A stretch of 10,756 bases of DNA from Candidatus Heimdallarchaeota archaeon. GTDB taxonomy: Archaea; Asgardarchaeota; Heimdallarchaeia; Heimdallarchaeales; Heimdallarchaeaceae. The notes beneath the pieces are model-generated. The model was not told the origin of the DNA. It did no database searches and saw only the letters and a program-made list of their open reading frames with translations. Location: assembly GCA_030668825.1 (NCBI GenBank), contig DAOVET010000088.1, forward strand, positions 1 to 10,756, written 5' to 3'. Both the position numbers and the translations under genes were made by a program. Positions 1 through 6,815 of the stretch are shown in pieces (position 1 is the first letter of the stretch; every line of letters starts with the position of its first letter).

Positions 1-577
1 GAAGGATGGGTATGCTTTTGGATTTTTTGGATTTTTGTACTATAGAGATGGTATCAGCAGAATCTTTGTGGTTAACTGCGTAATCATAAGCTATATCTCC
101 TCCCCCTATGATGATAACGTTCTTTCCCTTAACATGATTTCTGGCATTATAGTTTTCATAAAATAGTTTCTTCTTGGAAAAAGATTCTTCTTCTCCTTGG
201 ATTCCAAGTTTTTTTGGTTTTGAACCAGTACCTATGATGAGATATTGACTCTGAATCAATTCCTTATTTGTTTCAATTAGAAATCTAAAAGCATTCATTC
301 CAATGTTTTTGTATTCAACAGACTTAACTGTTTTAGTAATATATTCGACATTCTGTTTTCTAATTTGCTGTTTGAGTAATTGGACGTACTCCTCTCCACT
401 AATTCCTTTAGGAAAACCTAGTAGATTTTCGATAAGATTGGCATTTCGTATTTTTCCTCCAATTTCATCTGTTATCAAGAGATTATCCAGACCTGCTCTA
501 GTTAATTGCATTGCGGCTGTTACGCATGCAGGTCCTCCACCAATTAAAGCAACAACGGTTTCCAGTTTATCTTTCAT
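1..577 (-). CDS. NAD(P)/FAD-dependent oxidoreductase, thioredoxin-reductase-like, lacking CxxC (runs off the left edge; absent from the ORF track)
   Basis: Hand translation from ATG at 577: MKDKLETVVALIGGGPACVTAAMQLTRAGLDNLLITDEIGGKIRNANLIENLLGFPKGISGEEYV...LIIGTGSKPKKLGIQGEEE...KGKNVIIIGGGDIAYDYA. It has an FAD-binding GGGPA motif, IEN-x-x-GFP, GTGS and a second dinucleotide-binding GGGD motif; the frame is open to the window edge and overlaps the upstream gene by 11 bp. Confidence 0.9.
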   Translation of the reverse strand, partial: MKDKLETVVALIGGGPACVTAAMQLTRAGLDNLLITDEIGGKIRNANLIENLLGFPKGISGEEYVQLLKQQIRKQNVEYITKTVKSVEYKNIGMNAFRFLIETNKELIQSQYLIIGTGSKPKKLGIQGEEESFSKKKLFYENYNARNHVKGKNVIIIGGGDIAYDYAVNHKDSADTISIVQKSKKSKSIPIL

Positions 578-1259
578 TTACAATCTCCTCAGTTGAAATA
601 CAACGACCAAATCCATGAGAAATTGCTCTTATAGTACCAAGATGCAATTCTTCAGTATAGGTAGCAGTTGCATCGATAATGTAGATCACTTCAAGATCCT
701 TCATAAACGCATCTCTTGCAGTGGTTTCACAGCAAAGATGGGACATTATTCCCGTTATAATAACTTGTTTTACATTCTTATCTCGAAGTATTTCTTCTAG
801 ATTTGTTTTTTCAAAAGCACTATATCTATTCTTCAGCAGTATTTCTGATTCATCTATGTTTAAATGCGGAGATATTTCTGCTTCTTTTGTTCCTTTTTGA
901 ATAGAATCTCTCCACCATTTTGTCATCATTTCTTCTGAGTTCTCTGTATCAATATGTTTAGTGAAAATTATTGGTCTTTCTTTTTTATGAAAATGATCTA
1001 TTAGTCTAGATATGTTATCAATAATGTTTGAAGCAGAAGGGACATAGGCATGATTCGATTCGTTAAGGAAGAAATTTTGCATGTCAAGAATAAGTAGTGC
1101 TGCTTTGGATACATCAAAATCAAAAACAATGTACTTTTTCATCTTTCTACATTCAGTAATCCAATGAGAAACTTTCTCTTCTTGATTTTCCTTCGTTAGA
1201 TAGATTTCCTTCTGCATTGTGAAACGCTTCATTTTACCCTTTAAAAGAGATTCCTTCAT
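567..1259 (-). CDS. Isochorismatase-family cysteine hydrolase
   Basis: Catalytic triad motifs LLILDMQNFF (Asp), KNRYSAF (Lys) and GIMSHLCCETTARDAF (Cys). The ATG overlaps the upstream TGA (ATGA at 1256-1259); a downstream Met start is also possible. Confidence 0.92.
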   Translation of the reverse strand: MKESLLKGKMKRFTMQKEIYLTKENQEEKVSHWITECRKMKKYIVFDFDVSKAALLILDMQNFFLNESNHAYVPSASNIIDNISRLIDHFHKKERPIIFTKHIDTENSEEMMTKWWRDSIQKGTKEAEISPHLNIDESEILLKNRYSAFEKTNLEEILRDKNVKQVIITGIMSHLCCETTARDAFMKDLEVIYIIDATATYTEELHLGTIRAISHGFGRCISTEEIVNER

Positions 1260-2089
1260 TTATATGCAAAGACACTTTCATTATCATCAGTTCGTTTTGT
1301 TTTGAAGCCAACTTCATTTAGTCTTCTTTGAATTCCACTGATGAAATCCTTCCCTCTATACTTTGAACCAGGTTTTCCTACATAATGAAGTAAACGACCT
1401 TCTTTTTTCAAGATTCTGAATAAGTCCACATAAATTTCCTGTGAGTAAAGCTCACCGGCTAAAGCAAATCTGGGAGGATCATGGAGGATGACATCAAAGG
1501 TCTCATCAGCCATTTGTTTAACAGCAACACATGCATCTTCCAAAATTAAATCAATTTTATTGCTTTCAATTCCTGCAAAAAGATCAGCTGAATATGGGTT
1601 ATATTTTGCTATTTCAATGACATTAGGGTCTTTTTCAATGGTTGTCACAAAAGCCTTCATTCTGAATGATTCAATAGCAGTGTATCCCAAACCTGTACAA
1701 ATATCTAAAACCTTCTCATTAGCAGCAACATTAACGGCAAAGATTTTCCTTCTAGCATCTTCTAAAGGTGTGATGTGTTTTGTCCTATGCATTCTGATGC
1801 CATCAATCTCAATAGTTGGAGCAGTATTTTCAATTGGTTCAAGCTTGTAGTATCGTTCATCGAAAAAAGCAATCTTCTTGGGTTTTTTATCAATTAAAAA
1901 AATAGAGGGGTTTTTAGCAATTTTTTGAATAGTTTTTGGATCGTAGCTAAAGTCACCAATTATTATCTTATTATGTTTGAAAACCACTTTATGTTGAGTG
2001 AACCTGAGATCAAAAAAAGCAACAATGGATTCCTTCCCTTGATGATAAGCTTCTAAAATCTTCTCTGCTTCAAAGGAATCAATTAGCAT
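1256..2089 (-). CDS. Class I SAM-dependent methyltransferase, COG2521-type archaeal family (probable RNA amino-methyltransferase)
   Basis: PTIEIDGIRMHRT, motif I VLDICTGLGYTAIE, TIEKD, ILHDPPRFALAGELYS and LLHYVGKPG match the family as I recall it; DPPR resembles the (D/N/S)PP(Y/F/W) motif of amino-methyltransferases. Confidence 0.85.
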   Translation of the reverse strand: MLIDSFEAEKILEAYHQGKESIVAFFDLRFTQHKVVFKHNKIIIGDFSYDPKTIQKIAKNPSIFLIDKKPKKIAFFDERYYKLEPIENTAPTIEIDGIRMHRTKHITPLEDARRKIFAVNVAANEKVLDICTGLGYTAIESFRMKAFVTTIEKDPNVIEIAKYNPYSADLFAGIESNKIDLILEDACVAVKQMADETFDVILHDPPRFALAGELYSQEIYVDLFRILKKEGRLLHYVGKPGSKYRGKDFISGIQRRLNEVGFKTKRTDDNESVFAYK

Positions 2090-2116
2090 CTCTAAATCTC
2101 AAAGAACTTTTGGAGA

Positions 2117-2132
2117 ATATTAAACTTCCTAA
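2117..2132 (-). promoter_or_regulatory. Putative BRE/TATA promoter of the methyltransferase operon
   Basis: Minus strand reads TTAGGAAG-TTTAATAT, ending about 28 nt upstream of the ATG at 2089, typical spacing for a leaderless archaeal transcript. Confidence 0.5.
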
Positions 2133-2213
2133 TAGAGTTTTCAAAATCATTAATTTAACGTGGTTATTACACTCTGGATTAATAATAGAAAATATGTTTT
2201 CAAAAGAAGTTGA

Positions 2214-2430
2214 CTAATCTATTCTTATTTCTTTTAGAAACTTACCTGCCTTGAAAATACCATAAGCAGGAATGATAACTAGTACAAGAAAGAAATAATA
2301 GAAATTCTTGTAGTTAAAATCACTATAAACTGGAATTTTTGACAAAGGATAGGGATCTGTAGAGTTCGAATAACCGTAAATTAGATATGGACCAACTCCT
2401 GAGTAGTCATTCCAAAAATTACCTTCTTGG
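2214..2430 (-). repeat. Copy A of the near-identical 3' gene segment shared with 4233..4449
   Basis: Colinear at offset 2019; 2299..2360 is identical to 4318..4379 (62 bp). Confidence 0.95.
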
Positions 2431-4040
2431 GAGTTAACATCAAACCAAATATTGAATTCTCCATCATCTACAGCTTGGGAGCTTCCATTGTGAATATTGT
2501 CAATAAAGATATTATGATGAATTATATTATGGTCTGAACTGAAATCTATTCTCAAACCTGGGAAAAATGATTCAGAATTTCCATTCTTTTCTAAATAGTT
2601 GAAATTGATATCGCAACCATCGGACTCAAAAAGTATTATACCTCCTCCTTTGTTGAGTAAGCAAGTATTATTTATTAGGGCGATATTTACGGAATAAGAT
2701 ACTACTATGCCTAGCATGTAGTTATTTTCACATAAATTCGATTTAATTACTGAATCTTTGACATCTCTCAGAAGAATTCCCCATCCTCCATCTTTGCAAA
2801 CATTTTCAAAGACATTGATGTTCTCTGAATCATAAATCCTTATTCCCAAAACCCTGATTCTAACGTCTTTAACTGAGCTTATAATACTCAATTGTTGTAA
2901 TGTTATACTATTACAATAATGAAGTGTTACTCCGATGAATTTGTGATCTGCACCTTGATTTTCAACTACTACTTCTTGGCAATTGACAAGTATTAGCTGA
3001 CCATAAACTGGTTCTTTGATTTTTACATTAGCTACGTTGATGAAAAACCCTAATTCTTTGTCATTAACGAAGTTATTCTGAATGTCAAAAGATGAAAAGT
3101 CGACGAGTGCACCTACACTTATTTCTAATCCTGAATAGTATAATTTATTGTTTTCCAATTGCATACTTGTAGAATCAGCTAAGCGTATTGAATTTTTATC
3201 TGAAAATATAGTATTGTTTAAAATAAAACCTTCAAAAGAATGATAAATCATAATACCTGTGCAATAATTATTATTTACCACATAATTTTTCGATATTACA
3301 GCTGCTGATGACTCTCTTAATTCGATACCATAAAGTGCATTGTCAATACAAGTGTTATTTTCAATAATAGCTTGATTAGAATCAGCAACAACAATACCTG
3401 CAGAATAACCATTTTCAAGTACTTCATTATTCTTTATCTCTATCTGTAAACAGCTACCAATTGTAATCCCACCCCCTGGATTTTTTCTACAGAAGTTTGC
3501 TAGTATTTTGATGTTATTGCTATCTAAAACTCTCATTCCATAATTGTTGTACTCACATGTATTGTTTGCTATCAGAGTATCAGGGGCTTCCCTAACAAAA
3601 ATACCTGCTAAGCGATTGTTGTTGTTACAGATGTTATTTTCAATAATTGCTGTATTGGATGTTATATTCTCCAAGTAAATCCCTGAGATTTCAGCAGTTA
3701 TAACACAGTTCTTTATTTTGAAGAATTTGCTTGTATTTTGTATGAGAATCCCCGTAGTATTAGTGGTGGTTATGTTATAATTCTCAATTAAATATGGTTC
3801 TAGTTCTGAACCCACTCCTGAGAAACTGTAATTACTAAATTGATCATCAGTATTTATCATAATCGAGGGATGAGCAATATAACTAATTGCATAATCACTA
3901 GGTTTCACTGCAGATTCAAAATGTATTTGCGGAATTTCTCCTCTCTCTGGGGACGATAAATGAGAAGCATTATTTGAAGTCAAGTTGAACATTAACGAAG
4001 TTGTTAAAAAAAAGATTACAACTATACCTTTTATTCTCAA
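2214..4040 (-). CDS. Secreted, C-terminally membrane-anchored right-handed parallel beta-helix protein (NosD/PbH1 type), paralog A
   Basis: TTG start; signal-peptide-like N-terminus MRIKGIVVIFFL; GxGxxxxPYxIENYNI N-cap; many I-x-x-N-x-C-x-x-N and GI-x-L turns; GNFWNDYSG...DPYPL end motif; hydrophobic tail followed by Lys/Arg residues. Confidence 0.88.
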   Translation of the reverse strand: MRIKGIVVIFFLTTSLMFNLTSNNASHLSSPERGEIPQIHFESAVKPSDYAISYIAHPSIMINTDDQFSNYSFSGVGSELEPYLIENYNITTTNTTGILIQNTSKFFKIKNCVITAEISGIYLENITSNTAIIENNICNNNNRLAGIFVREAPDTLIANNTCEYNNYGMRVLDSNNIKILANFCRKNPGGGITIGSCLQIEIKNNEVLENGYSAGIVVADSNQAIIENNTCIDNALYGIELRESSAAVISKNYVVNNNYCTGIMIYHSFEGFILNNTIFSDKNSIRLADSTSMQLENNKLYYSGLEISVGALVDFSSFDIQNNFVNDKELGFFINVANVKIKEPVYGQLILVNCQEVVVENQGADHKFIGVTLHYCNSITLQQLSIISSVKDVRIRVLGIRIYDSENINVFENVCKDGGWGILLRDVKDSVIKSNLCENNYMLGIVVSYSVNIALINNTCLLNKGGGIILFESDGCDINFNYLEKNGNSESFFPGLRIDFSSDHNIIHHNIFIDNIHNGSSQAVDDGEFNIWFDVNSQEGNFWNDYSGVGPYLIYGYSNSTDPYPLSKIPVYSDFNYKNFYYFFLVLVIIPAYGIFKAGKFLKEIRID

Positions 4041-4073
4041 TGTCTACCAGATTACTAAAGATAGCTGATTACT

Positions 4074-4137
4074 TAAGTTTTTCTCAGTATAACGCAAAAT
4101 GGGTTTTTCTTGAATTTGGGAAAATAACCTTGCTGTT
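4074..4137 (-). promoter_or_regulatory. Conserved upstream element, copy A (BRE/TATA edge plus putative operator)
   Basis: taagtttttctcagtataacgcaaaatgggtttttcttgaatttgggaaaataaccttgctgtt matches 6073..6134 with 3 substitutions and 2 single-base indels; minus-strand GAGAAAAAC-TTAAGTAA lies about 28 nt from the TTG at 4040. Confidence 0.8.
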
Positions 4138-4232
4138 AGTATATTTTTAGGCTAACATGAATCTTTGTAATAGCTTAACATGATTTGTTTCACTATAGGA
4201 TCTTTGAAATTATACTTCCTAATAAAGAAGAA

Positions 4233-4449
4233 CTAGTCTATTCTTATTTCCTTCAGAAATTTATTTGCTTTATGAATAGGATAAGCAAAAATGGGAATTA
4301 GTATAAGAAAGAAATAGTAGAAATTCTTGTAGTTAAAATCACTATAAACTGGAATTTTTGACAAAGGATAGGGATCTGTGGAGTTTGAATAACCATAAAT
4401 TAAGTATGGACCAACTCCTGAGTAGTCACTCCAAAAGTTGCCTTCTTGA
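4233..4449 (-). repeat. Copy B of the near-identical 3' gene segment shared with 2214..2430
   Basis: Direct comparison: 41 consecutive identical residues, DYSGVGPYLIYGYSNSTDPYPLSKIPVYSDFNYKNFYYFFL. Confidence 0.95.
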
Positions 4450-6041
4450 GCCTTTTCCTCATACCAAGTATTATTGATTCCTGAATCCTTAGCTTGAATT
4501 GTTCCATTGAAAGTATTATCTAGGAAAATATTGTGATGCAGAATGTTGTTTGAACCTCCAATCGACAACCCAAAACCTTGATATTCAGAAAATCCATTAC
4601 TCTCAATACGATTATAGATAATTTCACAATTCTCTGACAAACTAACCACCATACCAGATTTTATGTTGAATTTGCAGATATTGTTGATTATTCTACTATA
4701 ATCTGCATTCACAAGGTATATGCCATAAAATGAACCGTTATTGATTAAATTGGATTTGATTAGAACATTTTTTGTATTTTCTAGATAGATTCCTATTCCA
4801 TAACTGCAAACGTTATTGACAATATCAATGTTCTCTGAAACATATACTCTTATCCCCCAAGTTTTCACACTACCATCTAAAGAAGTAATTATTGAATCTT
4901 TGATCTCTATAGAATTGCATTTGTAAATGGTTATACCAATGAAACCTTCTTCATTTCTTTGATTTGCAATAACAATATCATTGCAATCTACAAGAATAAG
5001 TTGTCCATAGTTAGGTTCAATTATTTTTATCTTATTCAGATTAGTATAAAAACCTAATTTCTTGCCATTTACTAGATTATCTTGAATATCTAGAAACTGA
5101 TACTGTAATAAATCCAATTCGTATAAATCTAATCCTGTAGAGTAAAGTTTGTTATGTTTAATGCAAGCATTATACGACCTACTAAAAGATAGAGATTTTC
5201 TGTCCGATGTTATTGTATTATTCAAAACAGACACATATAAAGAATCATCAACTGCGATACCGGACCAACCATTATCATTGTAAACATGATTCTGTTCAAT
5301 AATGACATAATTAGATTCATGGCATTGTATTCCAGCAACTCCGTTGTTAATACATGTATTATTCATTACTCTGGTTCTGAGTGATTTGGAAAGACTTATA
5401 CCCGATGAGTGATCATTTTCGATGACAATATTATTTTTTACTTCAGAATCCGGACACTCTTGTAAAACAATTCCTCCCCAACGATTCTTTTCACACAAAT
5501 TACCAACAATTGTGACATCAATACATTCCTCTAAGTAAATACCACTCCAATAATTTTCAGAACATGTGTTATTCACGATTTTAATGCCATGTGCATATGT
5601 TCCCCAAATCCCCTTATTGGTCATTGAACAATTATTATTTTCTAGCAAACCGGTACCAAAAGAAACGTTATATAGATAAATTCCTTGATTATTAGCTCTT
5701 AAGAAACAGTTACGTATTATGAAATACTTAGTTGTATTTTCAACTATAATAGCTGTTTTATTAGATGTCGTAATGTTGTAATTCTCAATAACAAAAGGTT
5801 CGTCAATGGTTCCTAATCCTGAAGAACTATAGTTTCCAAAATCAGAATCAGACAAAATTTCTATTGAAGGATGAGAAATATAACTTGTTGTATATTCCTT
5901 TTGCTTCAGTCTTGACTCATAGTCAATATTTGGTGTATCTCTTCTTTCCAGAGTAGGTGTTTGATAAGCACGTTCTGCATCAGAACTGACCATAACGGGC
6001 AAGACGAGAAACATTAGTATAAATATACATTTTAGTTTCAA
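4233..6041 (-). CDS. Secreted, C-terminally membrane-anchored right-handed parallel beta-helix protein (NosD/PbH1 type), paralog B; start revised from 6095 to the TTG at 6041
   Basis: Same architecture as paralog A. The in-frame TTG at 6041 gives MKLKCIFILMFL, aligning with MRIKGIVVIFFL, and sits 32 nt from the conserved element (34 nt in A). The ORF-track start at 6095 falls inside that element. Confidence 0.85.
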   Translation of the reverse strand: MKLKCIFILMFLVLPVMVSSDAERAYQTPTLERRDTPNIDYESRLKQKEYTTSYISHPSIEILSDSDFGNYSSSGLGTIDEPFVIENYNITTSNKTAIIVENTTKYFIIRNCFLRANNQGIYLYNVSFGTGLLENNNCSMTNKGIWGTYAHGIKIVNNTCSENYWSGIYLEECIDVTIVGNLCEKNRWGGIVLQECPDSEVKNNIVIENDHSSGISLSKSLRTRVMNNTCINNGVAGIQCHESNYVIIEQNHVYNDNGWSGIAVDDSLYVSVLNNTITSDRKSLSFSRSYNACIKHNKLYSTGLDLYELDLLQYQFLDIQDNLVNGKKLGFYTNLNKIKIIEPNYGQLILVDCNDIVIANQRNEEGFIGITIYKCNSIEIKDSIITSLDGSVKTWGIRVYVSENIDIVNNVCSYGIGIYLENTKNVLIKSNLINNGSFYGIYLVNADYSRIINNICKFNIKSGMVVSLSENCEIIYNRIESNGFSEYQGFGLSIGGSNNILHHNIFLDNTFNGTIQAKDSGINNTWYEEKAQEGNFWSDYSGVGPYLIYGYSNSTDPYPLSKIPVYSDFNYKNFYYFFLILIPIFAYPIHKANKFLKEIRID

Positions 6042-6072
6042 ATCTATCAAGATGATAAAGAAACAAGCTTCA

Positions 6073-6134
6073 TAAGTTTTCTCAGTATAATGCAAAATGG
6101 TTTTTCTTGAATTTGAGAAAATAAGCTTGCTGTT
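6073..6134 (-). promoter_or_regulatory. Conserved upstream element, copy B
   Basis: taagttttctcagtataatgcaaaatggtttttcttgaatttgagaaaataagcttgctgtt; contains the imperfect palindrome TTTTCT-tgaatttg-AGAAAA (6102..6121). Confidence 0.8.
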
Positions 6135-6215
6135 TAGAGGTCCTTATTGGAAGGGAGTGCTTGCCTTACATCTCTACATTTGGAAATAATTTTATAGAAA
6201 CAAGATAAAATATAA

Positions 6216-6338
6216 CCTGTTTGGAAATCCCCTGATGGTCGGTATTTATTCTTTCACCGAAGAATTGAGACAAAAGGTGACATTTATTGGGTTGATGCAA
6301 GGATAATTAATAAATTTAGGGAAGAATCTCCAGTTTAA
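6216..6338 (+). pseudogene. 3'-terminal relic of a PD40/TolB-like beta-propeller gene
   Basis: Hand translation PVWKSPDGRYLFFHRRIETKGDIYWVDARIINKFREESPV*. SPDGxYLFF...GDIYWVDAxII is the typical last blade and C-terminus of PD40 proteins. It is preceded by an in-frame TAA (6213..6215) and has no ATG/GTG/TTG in frame. Confidence 0.7.
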
Positions 6339-6358
6339 AAGTAATATATTTAGAACAT

Positions 6359-6751
6359 CTATCCAGGTACTGAAATATGACCTTGAACTATTTTCCATTT
6401 ATCTTCATTCTTCTTTATGACACTAGTTAACCTTGCGGGAATATTTCTCCATTCACCTTCAACTTTTATTTTAAAGTTAACCTCAGCAGCAATCCAAGCG
6501 ACTTTACCATGTGAGTTTACATTTAACCAGTCATATGTAAGAGAAATCTCTCTACGTCTTTCATTGTATTTTACTGCTGCACTTTTGTACTCTTCCCATC
6601 CTAACCATTTTTCATCTGTTCCAAACATTACAAGATTTTCATCTTGTTGGAAAAGGTTAAGATATCCCTGTATGTCGTCTTTTGGGTATGCTTCAACATA
6701 CTCATCAAAAAAAGCTCTTACTTCAGCTTCTGTTTTTGGGTCATTACTCAA
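6359..6751 (-). CDS. NTF2-like / SnoaL-like domain protein
   Basis: 130 aa with an N-terminal helix EVRAFFDEYVEAY, VMFGTDEKWLGWEE, GKVAW, and the C-terminal RLTSVIKKNEDKWKIVQGHIS pattern. Confidence 0.88.
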   Translation of the reverse strand: MSNDPKTEAEVRAFFDEYVEAYPKDDIQGYLNLFQQDENLVMFGTDEKWLGWEEYKSAAVKYNERRREISLTYDWLNVNSHGKVAWIAAEVNFKIKVEGEWRNIPARLTSVIKKNEDKWKIVQGHISVPG

Positions 6752-6815
6752 GACATCACTTCACTCATAATATCCTCCTAAAAGATTATTAAGCTTCTTC
6801 ACAGCTTTAAAAAGC

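Noticed and set aside
1-577. Gene symbol trxB
   Set aside because: The catalytic CxxC is absent at the expected position.
303-1850. Plus-strand ORFs 303..596, 615..800 and 1488..1850
   Set aside because: Antisense shadows of minus-strand genes that have clear family motifs; no recognisable features of their own.
2214-4449. Diversity-generating retroelement VR/TR pair suggested by the near-identical 3' repeats
   Set aside because: Mismatches in the core are synonymous transitions, mostly C/T on the coding strand and running in both directions, not adenine-specific to one copy. Both copies are coding gene ends, and no reverse transcriptase is in the window.
2214-6041. Calling the beta-helix proteins true NosD of nitrous oxide reductase maturation or pectate lyases
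   Set aside because: No nosZ/nosF/nosY context and no catalytic motif I can identify; only the fold is supported.
6145-6230. Recurring TTGGAA(AT) words as a possible mini-CRISPR or iteron array
   Set aside because: Only 6-9 bp long, irregularly spaced, two to three copies; expected by chance in AT-rich DNA.
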